A stretch of DNA of 55,823 bases, the filler included, from Squatina squatina (lineage: Eukaryota): the NCBI GenBank assembly GCA_031763465.1. It is 3 parts of 3 records of this genome, joined end to end, with 100 filler letters (N's around TTAATTAATTAA, not from the genome) between each part and the next. Parts side by side here need not be neighbours in the genome. Positions count along the whole stretch, not along the records: positions 1 to 13,996 come from JARFOE010000004.1; positions 14,097 to 30,475 come from JARFOE010000080.1; 1 more part is not named here. The stretch is one strand, 5' to 3'. The translations under genes and the position numbers were made by a program. This document shows positions 11,125 to 22,866 of this stretch, piece after piece (positions within the stretch are counted from its first letter, which is position 1; the number at the start of each line of letters is the position of its first letter). The notes beneath the pieces were generated by a model. That model saw nothing but the letters and a program-made list of their open reading frames with translations, did no database searches and was not told the origin of the DNA.

Positions 11125-13724
11125 ANNNNNNNNNNNNNNNNNNNNNNNNNNNNNNNNNNNNNNNNNNNNNNNNNNNNNNNNNNNNNNNNNNNNNNNNNNN
11201 NNNNNNNNNNNNNNNNNNNNNNNNNCACGATGGCAAAACTTAAGGTTTGGTCAACTATTGCTTTTATTTTCCCCCTCATGTCATCTAGCAATATATTGCT
11301 TGCTTTATTGTTGTATTTTTTATTTTTAGTGCCAATATGTACCACCTTACATTTCATATATTTTGCCCTATTGCTATCTCTAGATCGGAGATGTGTTTCT
11401 TTTCTCCAAATATCATACCGAACTTGATACTATCTGCAAACTTTGACAAGCTATCAGCTTTCTGCAGTTTCACATCTGCAAGCTATGAGGTGCTTCAATT
11501 GTACCACAGTACACATTAGAATCAGGGAGTGCACATCCTGAAAGTTCCTACCATTCAGTATCTAACCCCACATAGCTGGCATAATTAATGGTCCAAATTA
11601 CAAAAGAGCTACACGTATTTAGTTTTGCCAGAATGGTGGGTAGACTGAATGTCCAGAGGTTCTGCAGCTATTGGTTATAAATGACTTCCTCCCCTACTTT
11701 TAGAATTCTTGTGACCAATAATGGATTTAGAGTGACTCATATCTTATTTATGAAACAACTTCTCCCATTAGTTTATAGCTTTAATATTCTAAACCTATTG
11801 TTGGATAAGTTATAGACTGTTTGTTTTGTGAATCCAGGTTACAGTAGGATATTTATTTACCCATACTCAAGCCAATATATTCAATACAGATTGTATTTAA
11901 GTAAGCAGGGATAATCTCATACAGTACTGATTTTACTAACCCACTCATTGGTGCTATAAGTTACGCAGCAATAATTCTGACATTTATCTACTTTATTTTT
12001 CCCCAATTGGTTTAAATAAAAGCAGCAGCTTCTATTCTGTAAAACCCATAGAATAAGGGTAGAACAACTTCAATATTTGTGTTCTTATTCCAACATTCAG
12101 GCTGTCAACATTTATTTAACATTGGTACTCAATTCTGATTGAAATAATCTAGGTCTGAATTTTCCGATGGGGTTGCATCTCCAGCATGCAGGACTTGCAC
12201 CACCCCAGAGATGCCCTCCTCTGATTTCAGATGATTTTCCATCCCTGAGGTAATGTGGATGTAGGAAGTGGGCTCCCTGACTTCTACCAGGGAGTTGTGC
12301 CAAACTGGAGGTGGTGACTTGGGGGAGAAATTCTCATTGTATGTGCCTCCCATTGGGGAGGGCTAATGAGGCACAAATGACTTCTCACCTGGGGAGCGCG
12401 GCTGCTACNNNNNNNNNNNNNNNNNNNNNNNNNNNNNNNNNNNNNNNNNNNNNNNNNNNNNNNNNNNNNNNNNNNNNNNNNNNNNNNNNNNNNNNNNNNN
12501 NNNNNNNNGACCCACTAGAGGGAGTACCGGCTTTTCCACAAGCAAGTCCAGTTGCAAGTTATAATTGTGATGCATTTCTAATATGCCTGTATTAAGACGG
12601 TCATCAGTACCAGTGTTAAGAATGAACCAGTCAGTAACAGGCAAAAGGCACATGCTTTCTGTAAATACAGTAAACGGCACATCAAGGCATCACCCAGTTA
12701 AGAGGACAGTTCACAATCACTAAGCAACTCAATGACTAAACAGACAAGCAGTGGATTCTTAACCATTTATCCACACGAAGGCCAACATGTACTGTAACCC
12801 ACTTCATTTCCCAGTGCTTTATCTTCATTGTACTGTATATCAGATGATGGTATTCAAGGTGATGTATGACTACAACAAATGGTTTCAGTCCAACAACTTG
12901 ACCATTTATGTACATTTAGTACATATACATACCATCTGAAATGCCACAGTAATTATATTTTAAAAAATCACCATTAGTTCACAAAACTAAGCAGTCAGCA
13001 ACTGAAATTAAGCATTTTACCCATCTTTCACAGCACACTTAGTATTGCATTTTTTTCTCCTCACAGGTAAACCATGCTTCAAAGCAATTTCATCATACTG
13101 GAAATATTCTTGAAAGCGCGATTTTAAAGATACTACACTTAGCCAGAGCAGNNNNNNNNNNNNNNNNNNNNNNNNNNNNNNNNNNNNNNNNNNNNNNNNN
13201 NNNNNNNNNNNNNNNNNNNNNNNNGGTTCTAAAGACATCCTTAATTCAGAATAAAATGCAATGATGCATTCTGAAAACAATTAAAAAATCTTTTCATGTA
13301 ATGTACAGCATAAAGTAACAGACTCAATGTAAGCAAATACTGTAATACATCAGTTTTTGCCCATCAAAACAGTACACCTTTAGCTACTTGTAATGTCAAA
13401 TCAAGCGCTTTCCCAGTTTTCAATAGGATCCGATCCAACACCATATGAATTCTTTAAACAGCCTACGCACAGAAACACATCAGGGCTCTAAAACTACATT
13501 GAGCAGGTAAACTATTACCACTACATTACAGCCATACTAAACAGATACATTACTGGAATATGTTCATTACAATCATTAAGGCAAATGTTTGTCATTAGAA
13601 TATAAAATTTCTTCAACAGCAATTTTGAAATCCCATTTTACAGGTAACTTCCAAAAAAATGCTATACAAGCAATTACATTAGGATTATTCTAAATAATTA
13701 GAACTTGCATCAAAGGGTGGAGTT

Positions 13725-13950
13725 TTAGGGTCTAATGTTAACCCATAACCAGCCCACTAAAGTTCCGTAAATCCACGTCTTCATATAAATCTTCCTTCCA
13801 GATTCTGTGAGGAGCATGGGAACTGTCAGACCACCAAGGAAGAGCAGGGATGGCAGAGTCCTCATAAGGTTCAACTGTGATTTGTAGCCTTCTCCAGGAA
13901 ATCTGCATCGCTTCTGTTCATCTTATGCCTCATAGAATTCTGTAAGCAAC
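13725..13950 (-). CDS. AGPAT5: AGPAT5 last coding exon, with an in-frame TAA at 13925-13923
   Basis: ttcccctctttgttgacag acceptor. LLTEFYEA*DEQKRCRFPGEGYKSQLNLMRTLPSLLFLGGLTVPMLLTESGRKIYMKTWIYGTLVGWLWVNIRP* aligns without gaps to recalled human MLIEFYESPDPERRKRFPG...TLPSMLILSGLT...GRKLYVNTWIYGTLLGCLWVTIKA. Confidence 0.92.
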
Positions 13951-13996
13951 CTGTCAACAAAGAGGGGAAAAAAACAATGGAAGCTTCAGGTTATAT

Positions 13997-14096
13997 NNNN
14001 NNNNNNNNNNNNNNNNNNNNNNNNNNNNNNNNNNNNNNNNTTAATTAATTAANNNNNNNNNNNNNNNNNNNNNNNNNNNNNNNNNNNNNNNNNNNN
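13997..14096. other. Artificial scaffold spacer (44N-TTAATTAATTAA-44N)
   Basis: Palindromic six-frame stop linker exactly centred in a 100-base gap. Confidence 0.95.
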
Positions 14097-14200
14097 AATA
14101 TTTGTCTTCCAGAAATTGTTTCTTGTTTGAAGAACGGTAGAATTGAAAGATGACTGATCAGCTAATGAGATAAGAGAGAAAAATAAGGACATTAAATGAA

Positions 14201-14385
14201 GAGGCAATATTATTAAACATTACGTTTGACTTAACAGTAGAGTTAAAAATATTGTTTGCAGGAAATAATTAACCCAAAGCCATATTCAAAGAGGCAATAT
14301 TATTAAACATTATGTTTGACTTAACATTATGGTTAAAAACATATTGTTGGCAGGGAATAGTTAACCCAAAGCCATATTCAAAGAG
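14201..14385 (+). repeat. About 90-bp tandem duplication (2 diverged copies)
   Basis: gaggcaatattattaaacatta...ttaacccaaagccatattcaaa starts at 14201 and again at 14291. Confidence 0.9.
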
Positions 14386-17256
14386 GATTACAAACTTTTT
14401 TTTAAGATTAAGTAGCTTAAACCATATCTGTTTCACCAAGAGTCGGATTTTCTTTCTCCTGGATGGTATCCGTGTGCCCACAGTCTCAAACCATATTACT
14501 GCACATCTCCACTCTAACTTCTCATGAACTGAAGAAGAAAAACAAACCAGCTTGAGACCTCATGAGGTGACTTGCAGATGGGATGTGACTTCTTCAAAGT
14601 GTTTTTGTCATCTCAGTAATTACAAGTTAGGAGTTGTTATATTACTATTTTCAGACCGTGGCTTCAGCTGCACATTGACATGAACGTGGCAGCATAAATC
14701 TGAAGCCAGATTCCAATCTAATTGCGGAATGGACTAAAACCAAGCAGTGCTAGCCCTATTTGAAAAAGCCATCTCACACCATTTGGTTGTGACACGATGG
14801 AATATAACATTAGTGCAATATGAAATTGGGCTTCAAATACTCAAATAAAGAACGCTGCCATGACAGGTAGAGTGCATTCTGCTGCCCATAACAATAGGTT
14901 CTTGGTGACTAAGTTTCACACTCTGAAACAGATTGCTATTGTGATATAATTGCAGCCTTAGTACTGCATCCCAGATTATGTGATTTAAAGCATTGACATT
15001 AGGGCATAAACTTTGAAAAATCATACAAATTTCAGGCTACTCCAATGACTTGGTTAGTAAATGCATTAGATAGTCTGGTACATACACCAATAAAGCTGAA
15101 TTTTTAGTACCCACTTGGTGTATTCCTATTCTCAGTGCCTGACCCAGCTCTGTCATTCTTTTTAACAAGTTTTTCAGAGGATTCTCGATAGCTTGAAAGG
15201 GCATCGTTTTTTACAAGAAAAACTCCCAATCTCATGGTGTTAAGTTTTTACTAACAGAAGCATCAGCAATATCTTTCTTTGTTTGCTATGAATATTTAGT
15301 TATTACATGCTTTAAACTTCATACTGTCTATTTGGAAAATGGCAGGCAGCCATGTTACGAAGGGATGCTATCAAAGGATATTTTAATGGGAAATAAGAAC
15401 TGACCTCATAATTTGCTGTTAATGTTTGAGTTACCAGCTTCTTATCTGATTCTTATTAGAATGCTGCATTCATTATATTTAAACATTATGATGTACTTTT
15501 TCATAGTCACTTAGATAAGGCAAACTGAAATGATTTGAAAAATAGCATAGTAGGAAATTTATATTTTTTCAGTATAATAGGTGGCACGATAAACTGACAC
15601 AAATTAAATTGCAATCCAGGCTATTATTAAAAAGTATCTTTTTTAATGGGTTTTCTACAGGTTGTACTGAATANNNNNNNNNNTTTCTTTGAAATTAAAA
15701 AAAATGTCTTTTCATATCTTGATCTGTTGGCATTTAGTGAAAGATGTGTTGTGGTGATCACTGATTGTGTGAACTTTATTTTAAATGTGGTAAGTGAGCC
15801 CAGTGGAGAAGAGCCACCACTATACACACAATGTTTTAAATCAATTGCACTATTATATGATGGGGTCAACTACCTGACAAGTTTTTATTACATCATTACT
15901 TTTCTATCCTAGGGGAAGCAGCAACTTCTTTTGCTAAGCAGATGTTTTACAAGCTCTGTGCTATCACGGAGGCACAAATTAAATGATTTCGGCAAGAACA
16001 AGTGAATTGAAGGAAAACAATGGTGAATTTGTGCATGTGGTACTGATGTTGGATTATTATGTAGGAAAATTATTGCGATGTGAGCAACACTGACGAGCCA
16101 TTTATATTGCCTGTGCCGAGTTGTCCCGAGGGCATTAAAAGTCAGCCAGAGTGTGAGTGAGACTAGAGTTACATATAAGCCAGATCACTTAGGGGTGGCA
16201 GGTCCCTCTCAGAGGGTATTTGTGAACCAAATTAATCTATTCGTAGGGGACCCAGAACCCTGTCCTCCACCCCCCACTCTCCATCCCTCAGGATCTGGTC
16301 ACTTTCCACCGCAATTTTCAGTTTCCCCAGTAGGGGCCTGCCCAGTTCATGGAAAGTAGGTGATCTTGCAAACCTTTGCTGATTTAATGGTAGACATCAC
16401 TTGCAGGCACATCTCGGCATATCTGTCAGGATGGACATTCAGGAGAAAAGTGGTAGCTACGCATCTTAAAGTTCAACTGCTGGAAAGAGCACAGAAGTGG
16501 GAATTCAATTAGAAATTTTCAAAGCCCAAGAACAGAAGCACGTTAGAATGTAGAGACTGNNNNNNNNNNNNNNNNNNNNNNNNNNNNNNNNNNNNNNNNN
16601 NNNNNNNNNNNNNNNNNNNNNNNNNNNNNNNNNNNNNNNNNNNNNNNNNNNNNNNNNNNATGTACTAACATGGGCTGATAGATTAGTGGAAGCACTTAAG
16701 CCTACTGACATACTGAACACCTGAAAAAAAACTAAGAAAAACTGGGCTAAGTATGTGCACATTAGTCCTGAAAGTAGCATGGATTTTTAAACAGATTTAC
16801 AAATTTTTTCCAAGTGCTGAAAAGGCTAACTTTAGCCTAAAGTTCTAACACCGAAACTTAACACTCAACTATTCATCCGTTAGCACCCAAAACTTAGGGC
16901 AATCGAATTGGGCTGTTCTAATTTTTATGGGACTAGTGGCTGCCTGTGCCACTACAAACACATACCCTGCACTTACCTACCCCATGCAGACGTAATATCT
17001 CATGTCGACCATTTGGAGGGTAGGATATTACCCAGGCCTGTCTCCCTCACCTGTGAACTCATTGTGACCTCCCATCGGCCATGTGCACAAGGGGGCTAAT
17101 CTTTTTTTAAATAATCAGAACTATTCTTTGGGGTATCCAGGCTACTCCCTTTGCATGGAGTTCTTACTGGAGCCTATTTGGAGGCCCTTAAGCCTTGAAG
17201 CACCAACTTCCAATATTACAATGGGTTCCTGCTGCGCGTGGGAAGCAGGATCTCAT

Positions 17257-17416
17257 GGGGTAGATTTTGAATTTGTTGTGATAGAGTAAAATGGGTGATC
17301 GTGAATTGGCAGCCCTTCATTAATTTTAATGGAAATAAAAATTAGGAGAGATGTAAAACCAGCTGCCGATTCACTATCACACGTTTTACATATCGCACAA
17401 AGTCAAAATCTACCCC
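17257..17416. mobile_element. 160-bp palindromic MITE
   Basis: Terminal inverted repeats GGGGTAGATTTTGA / TCAAAATCTACCCC with further internal complementarity. A related copy starts at 29032. Confidence 0.8.
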
Positions 17417-18826
17417 ACATCAATGAAAATTCTTGCCCCCACAGCCACTCATCACATCATTGGCCTGTAAGGTGTAGGCAACTCATTACAACTAGTTCCC
17501 TGCCATCTTTTGGTAGGTTCCAGCAGATTCTCTGAGGACATTTGGGGCTCAGATATCTTTAAAATTAGAATTATTTTTCATGTCTCTTTACGGTTTATAT
17601 CAATGCAGAACAAACAGCTAACAACAGACAGGTAAAGTATTTTCAAGTGTGTATGGAATTTAAATCCTCCCTTTGAATATGTTTTACAACCAGATGTCAC
17701 TCAGGATCTAATCTGTATGTAGCATTAATAGATTTTATGCCAAAGAAACACCATTAATATTTGCAGCACACAATTTATGAGTACACCAAGCAATTGCATG
17801 TTACATTTTCTAACTAAAAGTACGTTTGAGTCTCTAATTTAAACCAAGATTTATTGTTCTGAGTGAGCTCTTGACTAGCAGCTATAACCAATGTGATCCC
17901 TATTGGTTAGCTTGCTTTTTAATCAATCACATTGAAATCCTGAGAATTGACTGAATTGATCTTCTTGCACTGTCACTGGTCTTGCTTTGTACCTCCTGCT
18001 TTAATTCATTGTTTGTGCTTATAACTGAGTTTTCAAACCAACCCCAGAATAGGTGTTTCTGCTCCTTCAATATGAGTTTTCTTCATGCTAATCACAATTA
18101 AATCATCCTGTATCATTGGCAAGAATTATTAAAATATAACTTTATCTGTTCATGAAATAATAGGAGCTATTTTCCAGGTAACATAAAAGCAGCAACATAG
18201 CACATGCAGAGTTGTATTGCTGTGAAGAAAGGACATCTATTGCACAGAGTATCCTCCACAAAGTCATAGGGATTCATCAGCCACAGTGAACAAGTATTAT
18301 TACTTCATCTCCCACACCATAATCCCAGAGCTCGAATAAGGAAAATATATGATTCAAGATCAGATTAGAAAATATTAGATCATCTTTGGCCACTGTAGTA
18401 TAGATTTAATAAAATACATAGCAACATGAGTAGATTGTAGGGTAAATCGCAATATCATGAGACATAATAGTTGGAGTATCTCCGTATCCTACATACATGC
18501 ACAATGAGAGTTTTCATTTGCACTATTAGGAAGTCACAATTGAGACACTACCACGTTAATGAAGACCTTGAATTGAACGTCAGAATATCAGATGTGTCAC
18601 TCCATCCTAAAGGAAATGTATGGAACGTTCATCACTGAGGATTCCTCCTACAGCTCCATAGGCAGTTGTCTGTGATTGATCTCCTCTTACTGCAATTATA
18701 TAGGGTCCTGGTGAGACCACACCTGGNNNNNNNNNNNNNNNNNNNNNNNNNNNNNNNNNNNNNNNNNNNNNNNNNNNNNNNNNNNNNNNNNNNNNNNNNN
18801 NNNNNNNNNNNNNNNNNNNNNNNNNN

Positions 18827-19032
18827 ATGCACCTGGCGCCGCCTCAATCACTGCCACTGACGCCCAGCCACCAATGCCCAGTTGATGCCGGCGTCCAGCC
18901 CCATACAATACTGCTGCCGAAACTGTTGCCACCACCTGCAGGCGTTAGACCTCTAAAGCCCATTTCGTGCCTGACTAGCGGCACCTTCCAAACACCAATT
19001 GGACCCCCTAGATTCTTAACAAATTTTGCTCC
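18827..19032. mobile_element. GC-rich terminal remnant of a DNA transposon (Harbinger-like)
   Basis: GC-rich island ending aaattttgctccc. Family assignment is by resemblance only. Confidence 0.35.
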
Positions 19033-22000
19033 CATTTTGCATAGTGTTGATCACAATGAGAGCTGAAACATTTTGATATTACAGTGTAAGGTATTGAATT
19101 TCAATATGATACTGCATCTGTCAATAATTACATAGAACAGAGTAAACATTCACCAACGTTGAGTAGATTAATCATTCTATTCCTGGTAGATCATAAGACT
19201 GACATTTTTTGTCATAAGAGATGCATGAACAGAATGGTTATAATCCCTTAACATATGCCTTCATTTGGAAGATAGCTCATTAATGACCATTATATATAAT
19301 CAATGTCCAGTCCCTGTCTAAATTGTTCATTAATTGAATGACACTGACACAGAAAGCCATTAATGAAGATTATTTATTTACTTTGAGCAATTTAGCTTTT
19401 GCATCAAGGGATTTTCACTCTAATTGTCGCTGCCCACTGTTTTGAATAATCCTTATCTATTCTTAGATTCTTAGAAATATATTCTCTCTCTCGCAACTGA
19501 TGTGTTTGTTCTTTCAACTCAACACTGGGCAGTGCTCCAGGACATTTCTGACATGAAGCGACTTTAATGGCCGGCAGTGAACAATGGAGAATGAAAAAGA
19601 TCTTGCTACTTCTTACATTTCCTTAAAAAGGCTTTCCAATCTTCTTCAGTACCTATAGTTAGAGGCACTGCTCTTCTACACCTTAGTAATTTAAAAAGCT
19701 GTTTAAGATGTTGGCATTATTCAGGGGAGCCTGTTACACAATGTTTCATTTCTAAACAAATATGATAAAAGGAAAACTATTAGGTTTTAGTCATTAACCT
19801 TGAATTCCAGCAGCTAAAAGGAACATTAATGATGGCATCAATAGTGGTCAATGACTGAGTACCTGGAGGTAGAGATGAATGTGATCTCTCTCGATCTCTC
19901 TCTGAATGATGATTGATGTATTTCTTCCTCTTGGAACGTGTGGTATCTCCCCTACAACACAATGTTAGAATAGTTGCTGGCAATAGAATTAATTGGATTT
20001 TAAATTAACAGCCTAATGTAAAAATCATATTGGATCACCAGTACAGATATTATATTACAAGTAGCCTGTAAGATTTCTATAAATTGTTAGGGTACGTCGA
20101 TCGGGTGAGATGNNNNNNNNNNNNNNNNNNNNNNNNNNNNNNNNNNNNNNNNNNNNNNNNNNNNNNNNNNNNNNNNNNNNNNNNNNNNNNNNNNNNNNNN
20201 NNNNNNNNNNNNCCGCAGCGTTGGATCTGTCCAGAAGTTCTGGACAGATCGCAAATGCTGGTTATGTGGGCTTACGATGAACAGCCCCATAACTGGCTTT
20301 TGCGATGTCTCCCCAGTGCGTGGGAACATCGTTCCCACCTGGGGAGATTGTAATTTCAGGGCCATTGTGTTTACTTTGTTACTGACAAAAATATAGTTTT
20401 AACAATTCGCAGTCAGAAAACAGAGATTGGAATGAAAGCAATTTTGCAAGAAATCAAATCAGAAAATACAATATTGAAAAATGCATTCAGATGACACTTT
20501 GAATTGTATGAGCCTCATACATCTTTCAAAGGCTGCATGAACTGTAGGCTACAACATCTTCAATAAAGCTATCCCTGGGAGAGATCTCTTACTTGCAAGA
20601 GAATTTATTCTGCTACTTCACTTTTATGCAAGGTAATTTACAACCAGTCTGTGCTTAACATGCAGATCTTTGTGGGGTGAGGTGATGTGATGGGAAGAAT
20701 TTTCATCTGCAAGTGTCACAGGCAGAATTGTCAGCTGACTTATCAATAAATAGTGAACTCAGGAACAAATCAGAAGCACAGAAAATCATACTTAAGTTAC
20801 AGCATACGTGGATAAATATAAGAATAGCTGCACACTAAATGTATAACTGCATTTATGTGTATGGGTAAATTGGCTTTCATTATTGATCTAAGCACCAGGA
20901 TGCAGATNNNNNNNNNNNNNNNNNNNNNNNNNNNNNNNNNNNNNNNNNNNNNNNNNNNNNNNNNNNNNNNNNNNNNNNNNNNNNNNNNNNNNNNNNNNNN
21001 NNNNNNNTTTAATGAATAAATTGCTACCTTTGGTCACGTTAGGGATACTAGTTTTAGCCCTCACAGCGATTGTAGTAGTATTAGAAGTATTTTGTCACAG
21101 AATCTGGGAGAGGGCAATACAGAGGGCATTGGTTTGACAGTTTATTAGATGAGGATAGTTAGGGTTATCTCTTTCGCAATCATTTTATCTGTACTGAAAT
21201 GCTTAGGGCTATCGGTCTACACATCACTTGTGCAGCAAACATATCACTATAGATATGATCTGTGCTATTAAATGCATCAGCAAATACAAGGTGTCCTTCA
21301 AATCATCAAAGGTGGGAGAAAGTACACACCCTCCATTAATACAGATGTAAATTGAGTGTCTGAGCAATACTTCAAGCAAAATAATCAGCTTCAATGGAAC
21401 CTTATTTTCATAATATGAAAAGACAGCCTGATGAGGTGAACTGAGAGATGGTCACTGGGTGATGTTCTCTGGGAAGGTTAATCCATCTAAATGTAGCAAA
21501 GTAGTTTGTCACAAAACAGTGTCATCTATTCTGTCCTACACACAGACAATAAATAAACAAAGACAAGCTTCGAGATCAATGTTTGTGTATTCCCACAGGA
21601 TACTCACACAATTGGTGGAATTTCTTTGCAGGCAGCTATGGGCTCAGCACTGAATTTCAATTTGTTAGTCTCCTCCCGTCAATTTATGAGCAAGTTCTCC
21701 AACTCCCCCAGCCCCGTGCTCTCCAAAAAATTGGACCAAATATCTTTTACGGCAATCTCCCAAATAATGCTATCTACTATACATGATGTGTGATGTGACA
21801 CATGTCTGGCTGATTAGCTGATTAGCTGTCCTCTTTTCTTCTGGAAATTGTGCATACGAAGCAGGATATTGGAATCTGCATTCTCTTCCATTGTCACAAA
21901 TTATAGAATTATCAAAAAGGGAGAAACTTTTAAATATTCATGAAATAAAAATCTTCATCTGGTTAGGACTGAACCAAAAACATTAAATGGGAGGTAATCT

Positions 22001-22594
22001 ATATCTTATTAAAAATCTTAAGGGCAATTTTAACCGTACCCACCGAAATCCCAATNNNNNNNNNNNNNNNNNNNNNNNNNNNNNNNNNNNNNNNNNNNNN
22101 NNNNNNNNNNNNNNNNNNNNNNNNNNNNNNNNNNNNNNNNNNNNNNNNNNNNNNNNNNNNNNNNNNNNNNNNNNNNNNNNNNNNNNNNNNNNNNNNNNNN
22201 NNNNNNNNNNNNNNNNNNNNNNNNNNNNNNNNNNNNNNNNNNNNNNNNNNNNNNNNNNNNNNNNNNNNNNNNNNNNNNNNNNNNNNNNNNNNNNNNNNNN
22301 NNNNNNNNNNNNNNNNNNNNNNNNNNNNNNNNNNNNNNNNNNNNNNNNNNNNNNNNNNNNNNNNNNNNNNNNNNNNNNNNNNNNNNNNNNNNNNNNNNNN
22401 NNNNNNNNNNNNNNNNNNNNNNNNNNNNNNNNNNNNNNNNNNNNNNNNNNNNNNNNNNNNNNNNNNNNNNNNNNNNNNNNNNNNNNNNNNNNNNNNNNNN
22501 NNNNNNNNNNNNNNNNNNNNNNNNNNNNNNNNNNNNNNNNNNNNNNNNNNNNNNNNNNNNNNNNNNNNNNNNNNNNNNNNNNNNNNNNNNNNNN

Positions 22595-22866
22595 ATTGAG
22601 AGTCAACTGCATTGCTGTGGGTCTGGAGTCACATATAGGCCAGACCAGGTAAGAAAGGCAGATTTTCTTCCCTAAAGAGACATTAGTGAACCCAATGGGT
22701 TTTTATGACAATATGGTTATTTCATGGTCACCATTACTGATTCTAGCTTTTATTCTAGATTTATTTAGTTAACTGAATTTAAATTCCCCAGCTGCTGTGG
22801 TGGGATTAGATCATAAATCCAGGCCTCTGGAATTACTAGTCCAGTAACACAACCACTATGCTACTG
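22595..22866 (-). mobile_element. tRNA-derived SINE
   Basis: Reverse strand starts gtagcatagtggttgtgttactggactagtaattccagaggcc (A-box-like head). A related body fragment lies at about 16130-16230. Confidence 0.65.

Noticed and set aside
14041-14052. TTAATTAATTAA palindrome as a biological motif (also 30520-30531)
   Set aside because: It is exactly centred in 100-base gaps twice and is a six-frame stop linker inserted by assembly software.
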